Source: Thaumarchaeota archaeon CSP1-1
GTDB lineage: Archaea; Thermoproteota; Nitrososphaeria; Nitrososphaerales; Nitrosopumilaceae
DNA length: 33,426 nt
Direction of reading: 5' to 3'
Assembly: GCA_963919845.1 (NCBI GenBank)
Contig: CAWTZT010000024.1
Location: 1 to 33,426, forward strand
The notes under the pieces were generated by a model that saw only the letters and a program-made list of their open reading frames with translations, did not search any database and was not told where the DNA came from. The position numbers and the translations under genes are program-made. Shown one piece after another: positions 1 to 9,153 of the stretch. Each line of letters begins with the position of its first letter. Within the stretch, counting starts at the first letter, position 1.

Positions 1-493
1 CAGTTCTATAAAGGTCATCAATGGTATGTTCTAAATCACTTGTGTTGCGACAATGATTGATTATCGTTTTATCTCCTTTAACATTTTTTAGTCTAGAAAT
101 CATATACTCTACTTCTTTTGTTGCTTTTGAAAGCTCTTTTGCTATTTCTAACATGTAAGGTGGGGTAGATGTAATATGATATCTAGAAATTCTACCAGAA
201 ACTCCTTCAATATTATCAATTACATCGTCAGTTTTTGATGCAATCCTTTGGATGTCTTCTCGATCAAGTGGAGTAATGAAGGTTTTATTTAATTCAGCAA
301 AAACAGAGCGAGTTAAACCATCGGCCTCTCTTTCCAATTTTTTTATCTTGTTGTGATAATCTTCTGCTTTGTCAAAGTTTTCAAAAAGATCAATCAAAAC
401 TTCTGAAGTTTCTACTGCTTTTTTTGCAAGATCATTTAGAATTCCAAAAAGTAGCTTTTCATTTGATTTTACCCAGGAAAGCCATTGTCCCAT
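1..493 (-). CDS. DUF47 / PhoU_div-family (TIGR00153-like) putative phosphate-transport regulator; N-terminal ~164 aa, 3' end runs off the window
   Basis: Not in the ORF track because it is open at the window edge. Manual reverse translation from ATG (complement of cat 491-493) gives MGQWLSWVKSNEKLLFGILNDLAKKAVETSEVLIDLFENFDKAEDYHNKIKKLEREADGLTRSVFAELNKTFITPLDREDIQRIASKTDDVIDNIEG... with no stop to position 1. The LE-EAD...FITPxDREDI...DDV(I)D pattern is the DUF47 hallmark. Confidence 0.6.
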   Translation of the reverse strand, partial: MGQWLSWVKSNEKLLFGILNDLAKKAVETSEVLIDLFENFDKAEDYHNKIKKLEREADGLTRSVFAELNKTFITPLDREDIQRIASKTDDVIDNIEGVSGRISRYHITSTPPYMLEIAKELSKATKEVEYMISRLKNVKGDKTIINHCRNTSDLEHTIDDLYRT

Positions 494-584
494 AATGTGA
501 TGCTAATTCTATTGTGTTAAAACTCTGTTCTCCATATACTATATTTTACTATATAGAATATCAAAATGTTACAAAAAATTAGAA

Positions 585-3500
585 TTATTCACACTTTATA
601 GTAAGATCGCCGGCTGAATCTTCTGAAGCATTACAAGAATCTCTGTCATCTCCACCATCGATGATATCAACACCATTTCCACCACTCAATATATCATCAC
701 CTGATTGACCTTTGAGGATGTCACTTCCTTCACCGCCTGAGATGTTATCATTTCCTTCGTTACCAAATACAATGTCATCTCCATCCCCACCAAAGATGCA
801 ATCATTACCTTTGGCGCCTAAAATAATATCATCTCCTTCAAAGCCAAATATCAAATCAGCAATGTTGGTTCCAAACAAAATATCTTCATCAGGTGTGCCC
901 ATAATTGAATTATAGTATGAATCGGGCTTTCCACAAGCCTGAACATTAATTGTTTGAGTTTCACTAACAGAGTTTCCAATTTCATCTACTGTTACCCAAG
1001 TAATGATTGTTTGACCAAGTGGAAATGAATATGGAGCGTCATTTGTTATGGTCGGAGCAGAGTCTGTCAAGTCTGAAGATGTAGAATTACCAATTAGGAC
1101 AAATGTCTGAAGACCTGTAGCATCGATTATTACATCATCTGGAATTGTTAATTCGGGAGACGTAGTATCAACTATAGTAATTTTTTGAGTGGTACTAGCA
1201 AAGTTACCTGCTGCATCTGTTGCAGTCCAAGTAATTGTTGATTCTCCTAGTGGAAAAACTGTTGGAGCGTCATTTGTGATAGTAACTAAACTTACAGTAT
1301 CAACAGCCTGTGGTGCGACAAATGAAATCTCATTTTCTAAAGATGAAGTAGCTTCAGCAAGAATTCCTTCAGGTTCATCAATTGTTGGGGGAGTAGTATC
1401 AATTATTGTAATTGTTTGTGTAGAGTTTACGGAATTACCAGATATATCAACTGCCGTCCAAGTTACATTTGTCTGACCCAATGGGAATACTAGTGGAGCA
1501 TCATTTGTTGTAGAATCTACTCTGACATTGTCAGTAGCTTGTGCATTTCCAAGATTAACAAGATTTTCATTTGCGTTTACAGCTTCAATTATAATATCGT
1601 TTGGAACAACTAACGAAGGAGAAATTGTATCAACTAATAATACCTCTTGAGTGGCAGTTGCCAAGTTTCCTGCTTCATCAGTTACAGTCCAAGTAATTGT
1701 TGTCAAACCAAATGGAAAAACTATAGGAGCATCATTGTTCACTGATGCAACGCCCACAAGATCATCTGCAATAATAGTTCCATATTCAACAATGTTTTGG
1801 GTTTCGCTTATTGCTTCAACTGTAATCAAACTAGGTACACGAATGGTTGGTGGGGTGTTATCCACAACTGTAATAGTTTGAGTATCAGTTGAAGTTAATC
1901 CTGCAAGATCAGTTGCAGTCCATGTAACAATCGTATCTCCCACTGCAAATGCGTTTGGAGCATCATTTGTAATTGATTCTATTCCAATAAAATCAGTAGC
2001 AGTTGCATTTCCTAGGGATATTATAGTCTCTAATGCAGAAGTTGCCTCTGCTTGAATAGATTCTGGTGCTGTGATTATGGGGGGTGTGGTGTCAGTAATA
2101 GTTACTTTTTGAGTGGCAGTAGCAAAGTTACCTGCTGCATCTGTTGCAGTCCAAGTTACAAGAGTATCTCCAAGTGGAAAAACTGCAGGCGCATCGTTTT
2201 CAACTGAAATTACGCCGACAAGATCATCAGCAGTTGTTACTCCAATTGCTACAATATTTGAATTTGAATTTTGAGCTTCAGAAACTACATCTGAAGGAGG
2301 AATTATTGATGGTGCAGTAGTATCAACTACTGTAATGTTTTGGTTTGCAGAAGCAGAATTACCATAAATGTCACTTGCTGTCCAAATTATCGTAGTATTT
2401 CCAAGATAGTACAAATCAGGAGAATTGTTTGATATGGACTCAAGACCAATCGTATCAGTTGCGATAGCCTCACCAATGTCTACTGATAATCCATCTGGAC
2501 CAGCAGCCTCTACTACAATAGAAGTTGGAGCAGAAATTGTTGGAGGGGTAGTGTCACTAACTGTTACTATTTGAGTATCAGAAGCCGAGTTTCCCGAAGT
2601 ATCAAGAGCGGTCCATGTAACTGTAGTCATTCCAATTGGAAATGACACTGGAGCATCATTTGAGACTGATTCAACTGCAATAATATCGGAAATTTGTGGT
2701 ACTTTAAGATCTGCAAAGTTTTCTTCAGCATCAACTGCTTCTAATACTATATCCTCTGGCGCAGTTATTTTTGGAGGAATAGTATCAACAACTGTTATAG
2801 TTTGTTGAGCTGATTCAGTATTAGCAAAATTATCTGTAGCAGTCCAATTTACAATTGTGGTACCAAGGGGAAAAGATTCAGGAGCATTATGTGAAATTGA
2901 TGAAATTCCACTAATGTCATGTGCTGAAAGATTACCCAAAGTCACAATGTTATTTTCAACTCCAGTTGCCTCAATTGTAACGTCATTTGGAATAATTAGA
3001 GTTGGAGGAGTAGTATCAACTACTGTAACTGTTTGAGAGGCATTTGCATAATTTCCAGAAGGATCAACTGCAGACCAAAATATTGTTGTTTGACCTATTA
3101 GAAAAACTGATGGGGCGTTATTTGTAATAATAGTTTCTTGAACATCTGTGACGGTGACAATACCTAATTCTATAACATTTTCTGATTCAGTTACTGCTTC
3201 TGAAGTAATATCAGCAGGTGCAATTAACACTGGTGCAGTAGTATCAATTACTGTTACAAGTTGTTCTTGGTTAACAGTGTTTCCTGCAGCATCTGCTGCA
3301 GTCCATGTAATTGTAGTGTTACCAAGACCAAAGAATTGAGGTGCGTCATTTGTTATAGAAATAATTTCGCCATTATCAATTACAGTTACTTCACCAATAT
3401 AGATTTCATTTTTATCAAAACTAGTTGCTTCAATTATAATATTTTCAGGAACAAAAAGGGTTGGGGCAGTAGTATCAACTACAATTACATTTTGTGTAAT

Positions 3501-4973
3501 AGTTGCAGAATTACTTGCTACATCAGTCGCAGTCCAAGTAATTAGAGTTTCACCTAGTGGAAACACATCTGGTGCATCATTTGTAATTGATATTACTCCA
3601 ACAGCATCAATTGCTTCAGGTATAATCAAATCGACAGAATTTTCTCCTGGGGATTGAGCCTCAATTGTGATTTCAGGAACTGGGATGATTAGTGGCGGTA
3701 TTGTATCTACAACCTTGATTGTTTGAGTCGCAATACCCATATTTCCAGACCCATCTATTGCAGTCCAGATAATTGTGTTAACACCAAGAGGAAATTTTTC
3801 AGGTGCATTATTTGTTAGTGATTGGATTCCACTCAAGTCAGTTGCCATTGCTTGGCCAACTGAAACTGGAGTAAGACCACCAGTAGCTTCAATAAACAAA
3901 TCATTGGGTGGAGTAATGACAGGTTTTGTTAAATCTCCTGGAATTGGAGTTGGTTCTTGAAGAGAACTAGTTTCTTGTGTTGTTTGTTCTGGTTCTGCAA
4001 CTGGTTCCGGCTCTGGTTCAGGAACTTCACTAACATAAGGAGAACCAAACTTTTGGATTCTGTGTCCGTTAGAATCTACCACATACAAATATCCGTTTGC
4101 ACCAATGTCAACATCTGTTGGAAATTTGAATTGACCAGCTGTAATTCCCATGGTTCCCCATAGTGTTACAGTTGCTCCTTCAGGACTTATTTGAACAATT
4201 CTGTTACGTCCTGTGTCAGTAAGATAGAGATTACCTAAAGGATCAATTAGTAAACCTTCTGGCATAATTGTTAAACCCCCAGCATTTGGTCCATAACTCT
4301 GTAAATAAACACCATCAGAATCAAATTTGAAAATTTTATTTTTACCTGGATCAGAAATGTAAACATTTTCCTCTTTGTCTATAGCAATTCCTTTAGGAGA
4401 CAAGAACTTGCCTTCTTGCATCCCACTTTCTCCAAATTCTGAAATGAATGTACCATTTTGAGTAAACTTTTGAATTCTTTGGTTTCCTGTGTCAACAACG
4501 TAAACTGTTCCGTTGTTACCAATTGCCAATCCGGTTGGAAGCAAAAATTGACTTGGTTTATCACCTACCTCGCCCCATTTTGTTACAAAGTTTCCATCCA
4601 GATCAAATTTTTGAACTCGATTTAATTGTGAATCAACAACGAAAACGGATTCACCAAAAATATCAATTCCTATAGCGGATTTGAATTGTCCTGAACCACT
4701 TCCACTACTTCCCCAAGTTTTCAAAAAAGTTCCATCTTCATTGAACTTTTGGATTCGCATATTTCCTAAATCAGTAACATAGACATTTCCAAAGTCATCA
4801 ATTGCCAAATTCTGTGGAAATGAAAAAAAGCCTGGTTTAGTGAGTCCTGATTCGCCCCATTCTAAAATGAATGGATGAGAAGAACTAGTATTTGCAAATA
4901 CTGATTGAGGTATAGCATTAACTACGAAAAATACTGATAATATTACCACTAGAGATAGTCCTAGTCTCAACAT
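585..4973 (-). CDS. Giant secreted surface/adhesin-like protein: signal peptide, six NHL repeats (beta-propeller), PEPEPEP linker, 13 tandem HYR (hyalin-type Ig-like) repeats, C-terminal RTX-type Ca-binding nonapeptide repeats
   Basis: 1462-aa ORF. N-terminus MLRLGLSLVVILSVFFVVNAIPQSVFA resembles a Sec signal. Six copies of the (F)xxPxG(I/L)AID..GNVYV(T/V)DxxNxRIQKF motif (NHL) span aa ~45-310. Thirteen units end in ...TWTAxDxxGNxAxxxQxVTVVDTTxP (HYR signature), aa 351-1345. The tail FGFEGDDII/LGAKGNDCI/FGGDGDDIV/FGNEGNDNI/SGGEGSDIL/KGQSGDDIL/SGGNGVDII follows GGxGxDxUx. Confidence 0.85.
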   Translation of the reverse strand: MLRLGLSLVVILSVFFVVNAIPQSVFANTSSSHPFILEWGESGLTKPGFFSFPQNLAIDDFGNVYVTDLGNMRIQKFNEDGTFLKTWGSSGSGSGQFKSAIGIDIFGESVFVVDSQLNRVQKFDLDGNFVTKWGEVGDKPSQFLLPTGLAIGNNGTVYVVDTGNQRIQKFTQNGTFISEFGESGMQEGKFLSPKGIAIDKEENVYISDPGKNKIFKFDSDGVYLQSYGPNAGGLTIMPEGLLIDPLGNLYLTDTGRNRIVQISPEGATVTLWGTMGITAGQFKFPTDVDIGANGYLYVVDSNGHRIQKFGSPYVSEVPEPEPEPVAEPEQTTQETSSLQEPTPIPGDLTKPVITPPNDLFIEATGGLTPVSVGQAMATDLSGIQSLTNNAPEKFPLGVNTIIWTAIDGSGNMGIATQTIKVVDTIPPLIIPVPEITIEAQSPGENSVDLIIPEAIDAVGVISITNDAPDVFPLGETLITWTATDVASNSATITQNVIVVDTTAPTLFVPENIIIEATSFDKNEIYIGEVTVIDNGEIISITNDAPQFFGLGNTTITWTAADAAGNTVNQEQLVTVIDTTAPVLIAPADITSEAVTESENVIELGIVTVTDVQETIITNNAPSVFLIGQTTIFWSAVDPSGNYANASQTVTVVDTTPPTLIIPNDVTIEATGVENNIVTLGNLSAHDISGISSISHNAPESFPLGTTIVNWTATDNFANTESAQQTITVVDTIPPKITAPEDIVLEAVDAEENFADLKVPQISDIIAVESVSNDAPVSFPIGMTTVTWTALDTSGNSASDTQIVTVSDTTPPTISAPTSIVVEAAGPDGLSVDIGEAIATDTIGLESISNNSPDLYYLGNTTIIWTASDIYGNSASANQNITVVDTTAPSIIPPSDVVSEAQNSNSNIVAIGVTTADDLVGVISVENDAPAVFPLGDTLVTWTATDAAGNFATATQKVTITDTTPPIITAPESIQAEATSALETIISLGNATATDFIGIESITNDAPNAFAVGDTIVTWTATDLAGLTSTDTQTITVVDNTPPTIRVPSLITVEAISETQNIVEYGTIIADDLVGVASVNNDAPIVFPFGLTTITWTVTDEAGNLATATQEVLLVDTISPSLVVPNDIIIEAVNANENLVNLGNAQATDNVRVDSTTNDAPLVFPLGQTNVTWTAVDISGNSVNSTQTITIIDTTPPTIDEPEGILAEATSSLENEISFVAPQAVDTVSLVTITNDAPTVFPLGESTITWTATDAAGNFASTTQKITIVDTTSPELTIPDDVIIDATGLQTFVLIGNSTSSDLTDSAPTITNDAPYSFPLGQTIITWVTVDEIGNSVSETQTINVQACGKPDSYYNSIMGTPDEDILFGTNIADLIFGFEGDDIILGAKGNDCIFGGDGDDIVFGNEGNDNISGGEGSDILKGQSGDDILSGGNGVDIIDGGDDRDSCNASEDSAGDLTIKCE
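939..3923 (-). repeat. Intragenic tandem array: 13 coding repeats of ~76 aa (~230 nt), HYR-type
   Basis: Counted from the VDT(T/I)xP unit boundaries in the translation. DNA-level motifs such as gcagtccaagt(a/t)a recur once per unit (for example near 1222, 1688, 2146, 3530). Confidence 0.8.
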
Positions 4974-5045
4974 GAGGGAATTTCGATATATGAAAAAGAT
5001 CTCACAAGTGAGGAATTATTGCAGTTTTAGTCAATTTTGGGTAAA

Positions 5046-5825
5046 TTAAAAGGGTTTGTTGACTTCACGCGTAAACACATAGCTAGCCAAACCAATCATT
5101 ACCACTACAAAGCCGCCAATAATCCCTATACTCATTAAAGTATCAATTCCCCCCTCAGTCACACCAGTCATCATTCCCCTAACAAGAATTACGGTATAAG
5201 TAACTGGATTAAACCGTGCTATTGTTGCTAACCATTCGGGGAGTAACTCTAAAGGAAAAAGTGCAGGACTTAACATAAACAAAGGCATTCCAAGAAAATT
5301 AATTACTCCCCAAAACGTTTCTTGTGACTTTGCAGAAGCTGCTACCATTACAGATATTCCAGAAAAACCAAGGGAGAATAAAATTACAATTGCCATTATA
5401 GGAATAATCAAAAAAATATTTGAAAAATTTACACCTATTATTAGTGCGATTCCAATTATCAAACTAGATTGAAGTGCAGATATCAAAGATATAGCTATCA
5501 TCTTTCCAAGTGCAATTGAAGATCTTGAAATTGGTGAAGTTAATGCTTTGTTCATAAAACCATATCTTCTATCCCATAGAGTATTGACGCCACCAAAAAT
5601 ACTTGTAAAGATTGCAGTAAGTACAATAACTCCAGGGGTCATAAATTCAATGTATTTTCCTGTAAATCCAACCGATTCAATTAATGGTTGTGTTCCAGCA
5701 AAAGTATTTCCTATAACAATTATCCATACTACTGGTTGAATCAAACGAATTAAAACACCACTTCGTGACTTGCGATATCTTTTCATCTCCCTCCAAAAAA
5801 TTGTATAAGTATCTGAGAGAATCAT
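5046..5825 (-). CDS. ABC-2 type transporter permease
   Basis: 259 aa with about six hydrophobic segments and a typical ABC-2 layout (N-terminal YRKSRSGVLIRLIQP..., C-terminal NPVTY motif). ATGA 4-nt overlap with the upstream ATPase gene. Confidence 0.8.
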   Translation of the reverse strand: MILSDTYTIFWREMKRYRKSRSGVLIRLIQPVVWIIVIGNTFAGTQPLIESVGFTGKYIEFMTPGVIVLTAIFTSIFGGVNTLWDRRYGFMNKALTSPISRSSIALGKMIAISLISALQSSLIIGIALIIGVNFSNIFLIIPIMAIVILFSLGFSGISVMVAASAKSQETFWGVINFLGMPLFMLSPALFPLELLPEWLATIARFNPVTYTVILVRGMMTGVTEGGIDTLMSIGIIGGFVVVMIGLASYVFTREVNKPF

Positions 5826-6844
5826 GATCTAATCCTAGTCATTTTTGCATGCTCTTTTTTCATATTGAAATTAGTAGTGTCATCTCTTAATTCTCGTCCA
5901 GTATACGAAATGAAAACATCATCGAGTGATGGTTGAGTCAGAGAGATTGATTTTATTTTAATTCCCAGATTAGATGAAAATTGAAATATTTTTGGAATTA
6001 CCTCAGTTCCCCTTGATGAAAAAACAGTGATAATATCATTTCTAGTTGAAATATCTTTTACAAATTCTATTTCCTTTATTTTTGATAAAAGATCTTCTGA
6101 TTTTCCTTTATCATTTTCTATACTAAATGCAATGATTTCATTACCAAGTGCATTTTTCATTGTACTAGGAGTCTCAATTACCTGAATTTTTCCATAATCA
6201 ATTATTGCAATTCTATCACAGAGATTATCTGCTTCTTCCATGTAATGTGTACTAAGAAAAATCGTCATCCCAAATTCTTGGTGGGTTTTTCGTACAAATT
6301 CCCAAATTTTACGCCTAGTCTGAATATCAAGACCCACAGTTGGTTCATCCAAAAATAACACCTTTGGACGATGTAGTAATCCTCCAGCCAAATCCAGTCT
6401 TTTTCTCATTCCTCCAGAATAGGTAATTACTGCGTCGTTTTGCCTGTCGGTGAGCTCTACTAGATCTAACATTTCATTAATTCTTTTTTCAACCAGATTT
6501 TTTGGGATGTGATTAAGTCTTGCTTGTAAAATTAAATTTTCCCTCCCAGTAAGATATTCATCAACTGAAATTTCTTGTTGTACATATCCAATATTTTTTC
6601 GAACATCCTTGGCTTGAGAAAAAACATCAAATCCTGCAACCATTGCTTTACCTGATGAAGGCTTCAAGAGTGTTGTTAGAATCATCATGGTAGTACTTTT
6701 TCCTGCTCCATTTGGTCCAAGAAAACCAAAGATTTCTCCTTCTTGAACCTGTAATGAAATATTGTCTAGTGCTTTTACTTTCCCAAATTCCTTTGATAAA
6801 GAATTAATCTCAATTGGATACAATAAATGAAAAGATTTTTTCAA
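5822..6844 (-). CDS. ABC transporter ATP-binding protein (DrrA/ABC-2 subfamily)
   Basis: Walker A GPNGAGKST, signature SGGMRKRL, Walker B LFLDEPTVGLD, H-loop STHYMEEA. The first codon in the track is TTG (complement of caa 6842-6844), and no nearby ATG exists. Confidence 0.9.
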   Translation of the reverse strand: MKKSFHLLYPIEINSLSKEFGKVKALDNISLQVQEGEIFGFLGPNGAGKSTTMMILTTLLKPSSGKAMVAGFDVFSQAKDVRKNIGYVQQEISVDEYLTGRENLILQARLNHIPKNLVEKRINEMLDLVELTDRQNDAVITYSGGMRKRLDLAGGLLHRPKVLFLDEPTVGLDIQTRRKIWEFVRKTHQEFGMTIFLSTHYMEEADNLCDRIAIIDYGKIQVIETPSTMKNALGNEIIAFSIENDKGKSEDLLSKIKEIEFVKDISTRNDIITVFSSRGTEVIPKIFQFSSNLGIKIKSISLTQPSLDDVFISYTGRELRDDTTNFNMKKEHAKMTRIRS

Positions 6845-6895
6845 TTATAAATTGTTAGCTGTTTCACTTTGATGTATTCATATTAGTTTTGGATA

Positions 6896-6925
6896 AAACA
6901 AAAAAAGAAAAAAAAGAATTTTTCT
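6896..6925 (-). terminator. Oligo-T tract (read on minus strand) downstream of the PRC-barrel gene
   Basis: The plus strand reads aaaacaaaaaaagaaaaaaaagaattttt, which gives T-runs of 5-8 on the minus strand about 12 nt after the stop at 6937. Archaeal terminators are oligo-T. Confidence 0.3.
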
Positions 6926-6936
6926 TAAACTATTAT

Positions 6937-7389
6937 TTATTCTAAGTTTCGGTATTGATCTTTAGTCATTTTAAGTATGACTTTTTCTCCTACTCCCCAA
7001 ATGTGAGCTTTGGAAACTACCTTAGAATGTATGAGGCCATCAGAAACTTCAATGGTTTCAAGTTGGTTAGTATCTGGGTGTCTATGTAATTTTTTTATTT
7101 TGCCCAATTTTTTGCCATCAATATCTACAACATCGGAATCCTTTCTTACTGGGGGAATGTTAAGCAAGAGGCTCTTCTCAGTAAACTTGTCAAAATAATC
7201 ATTTGACAAATAGTAATCTTTACGAAATCCCTCATGGATTGTCACGCCTGAAACGGTCATTGTTTCAGAATTAAAGTGAATGTGTTTTACCTTACCGTAA
7301 TGAATGCCTTCTCTATCTACAACCCTTTTACCTATAAAATTGTCAGCAGTAGTTATGTTTTCGGGCATGCCTTCTAGTTTAGTTGACAT
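6937..7389 (-). CDS. PRC-barrel domain protein
   Basis: The GKRVVDREGIHYGKVKHIHF...TMTVSGVTI and VVDIDGKKLGKIKKLH stretches look like a PRC-barrel. The track ORF begins at TTG 7404. I prefer ATG 7389 (MSTKLEG...) because an A/T-rich TATA-like element (gagataaa on the minus strand, ~7411-7418) sits about 24 nt upstream of it. Confidence 0.55.
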   Translation of the reverse strand: MSTKLEGMPENITTADNFIGKRVVDREGIHYGKVKHIHFNSETMTVSGVTIHEGFRKDYYLSNDYFDKFTEKSLLLNIPPVRKDSDVVDIDGKKLGKIKKLHRHPDTNQLETIEVSDGLIHSKVVSKAHIWGVGEKVILKMTKDQYRNLE

Positions 7390-7628
7390 GAACACAAATC
7401 CCAAGTCGGGTTTATCTCATCAGGTATCAGAATTTTCTTTCAATTAGGTTAAATTTCTAGACCAAATCATGGGTTAAATGCAATTAAGGCGAAAATCGAC
7501 CCAAATAGAAAAATCATTACTGCAATAAGCCCGTGTTCAAACTTCAATCTACTTAAGATAGAGTTTTAGGGTTTCATAAACTAATCTCAAAGGAATTTAG
7601 TTAAATTACTTGAAAAAAAACCGACAGT

Positions 7629-7949
7629 GTGTTAAAGAAAGACCTTCCATTCAAAGCAGTACTGATTACAAAGGGGAGAAAAAGTGGAAAGGAGCATTCA
7701 GTTTGGTTACTTGCAGTAATGTATAATGGCAAGGTGTATTTTTCTCGTCATAGACCAGATGGCGATTGGTTTCAAAATGCTTTAGAAAATTCAGATGTGT
7801 TTGTAAAATATGATGATAGCACAATACAAGGAAAAGCCATTTTGGTAAAAGATGAATCATTAGCAAAAAAAATTTCAGAGTTAAAATATCCAGGACAGGA
7901 ACGTGCAAAAGAACAGAGAGTCGCTTTAGAAGTTACACTATGTGAATAA
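7629..7949 (+). CDS. Small split-beta-barrel protein resembling deazaflavin (F420)-dependent nitroreductase/DUF385 family
   Basis: 106 aa with a GTG start. The motif ITKGRKSGKEHSVWLL...G.VYF....PDGDWFQNALEN..V.V resembles the TTGRKSGxxR...W..N signature of FDOR-A/DUF385 proteins. The family call is from memory only. Confidence 0.45.
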   Translation: MLKKDLPFKAVLITKGRKSGKEHSVWLLAVMYNGKVYFSRHRPDGDWFQNALENSDVFVKYDDSTIQGKAILVKDESLAKKISELKYPGQERAKEQRVALEVTLCE

Positions 7950-8577
7950 TAATGCTAACTCCACGTCTATCAACTTCTTGACCATTTTGAGTTTCTGAAA
8001 CTATGACAGTAAATGAAATAACGTCTCTTTGTTTACACTCTTCTGTATGTAATTTTAGATTAAGATCAAGTAAATCAAATTCTTCTTTTGGAAGATTCTC
8101 TTCTTCAAAAAATGCTTTTCCGGTAGATTCAATTCTAAATCTTTCACTCTTATGATGAAATCCAAGCTGGGTTTTTCTTCCATCTCTTCCCGCAGCTTTG
8201 AGTTTTACTTCGATGATTCCTGGCTTTGCCTGAGTATAGCTTGATTGGTTATTAACAAAAACTCCAATTTGGAATGGTTTTCCAGCAGTAGATTCGGCCA
8301 TTTTTTGAACACCATCATTCATTACTACATCCACCCCCTTGATTGATTGAGCCACTTTAGCAATCCAATCATTTGTTCTTTCTATGATTGCAGCAATTTC
8401 TGTTCGTCTTTTTTTGTCTTCTTCAGGGGGCAATTTGTAATACTCTACCCATTCAAGATAATCACCTGAAATGTCTTTGATAAATTCGATACAGGTCACC
8501 TTGTAATCTTCCAAGCTGCTTGCTCTCTCTGAGCTTTCATCAGTACGAAAACTATCATAATCCATAGGAATAGCCAT
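7933..8577 (-). CDS. Hypothetical protein (no recognisable domain)
   Basis: Long ORF. The track starts at TTG 8586, and I prefer ATG 8577 (MAIPMDYD...) with a T-rich TATA-like box about 26 nt upstream. The 17-nt 3' overlap with the convergent gene 7629..7949 is typical of compact genomes. Confidence 0.5.
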   Translation of the reverse strand: MAIPMDYDSFRTDESSERASSLEDYKVTCIEFIKDISGDYLEWVEYYKLPPEEDKKRRTEIAAIIERTNDWIAKVAQSIKGVDVVMNDGVQKMAESTAGKPFQIGVFVNNQSSYTQAKPGIIEVKLKAAGRDGRKTQLGFHHKSERFRIESTGKAFFEEENLPKEEFDLLDLNLKLHTEECKQRDVISFTVIVSETQNGQEVDRRGVSIIIHIV

Positions 8578-8670
8578 ACCGTTCAAAACTCATGCATGTA
8601 AAAAAATGCATCTAGGAATTTTAATCCATAAAAAGTAATAATTGAATATAACTAAAATATCAGTTTTATT

Positions 8671-9144
8671 GTGAGTTTCGCAAAAATTACTGAACATCTC
8701 AAAAAAGAACTAAAGTCTAATATGCCGCAAATTCGAGTTTTATTGAAAAAAAATCCAGCAATTGCTTATCGCAGAATCACCGAGATTGGTTTTGAGGTAG
8801 GCAAAAAGCACAACATAAAGTTAATTGTGAATTTCCCTCATGAAGGCAAAATTGAGGATTTTGACTCTTACGGAACTCAAGATCTTAGCATTATAGTTGA
8901 CCAGTCAAAAACAAATTTTCCAATAAATCGTAGTATCATAAAATCAAAGGCCAAAGAAATTTTTGGTGACATTAAAGTTGAAGATGCCTATATGTATGAA
9001 GGCAAAGAAGGAACTAAGATTTTCCTAGAAAATGGTCGAATAGACATTCTCCCACATTCTCTTCATATTTGGTGCAAGTTTACCGATAAGGTATCCAAAT
9101 ATTGTGAATGGTTATTAGAAAATGTATATCTATTAAAAAATTAA
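8671..9144 (+). CDS. Hypothetical protein
   Basis: 157-aa ORF with a GTG start, and gaatataac about 23 nt upstream as a possible TATA. No motif recognised. Confidence 0.5.
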   Translation: MSFAKITEHLKKELKSNMPQIRVLLKKNPAIAYRRITEIGFEVGKKHNIKLIVNFPHEGKIEDFDSYGTQDLSIIVDQSKTNFPINRSIIKSKAKEIFGDIKVEDAYMYEGKEGTKIFLENGRIDILPHSLHIWCKFTDKVSKYCEWLLENVYLLKN

Positions 9145-9153
9145 TTTCGTGTT

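Noticed and set aside
585-900. RTX repeats as evidence for a bacterial-style type I secretion system
   Set aside because: The protein has an N-terminal Sec-type signal. The adjacent transporter is ABC-2 (separate NBD and permease), not a T1SS ABC with an MFP/OMF. Archaea also lack an outer membrane. The idea is kept only as a weak adjacency hypothesis.
712-4564. Eight track ORFs inside or antisense to the giant gene (712..915, 1189..1476, 1651..1881, 3148..3339, 3261..3545, 3775..3960, 3957..4163 on +; 4379..4564 on -)
   Set aside because: All lie wholly within the 1462-aa ORF, which has strong domain evidence. Their translations are low-complexity mirror images of the repeat codons (Ser/Val/Thr/Pro-rich). 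Several start on TTG/GTG. None has motif or promoter support.
4917-4974. Possible 1-nt frame discrepancy at the 5' end of the giant gene
   Set aside because: By my manual count of the printed lines, the junction reads ...agc att a|aac tac... (4914-4926). That would put the ATG at 4972-4974 and out of frame with the body of the ORF. The supplied track reports an uninterrupted ORF ending at 4973, and its residue numbering fits the codons I checked at 4020, 4851 and 4917. Coordinates on both sides (4564, 5046) also agree with the track. I treat this as my own counting uncertainty, not as a frameshift or pseudogene. Re-translating 4900-4980 computationally would settle it.
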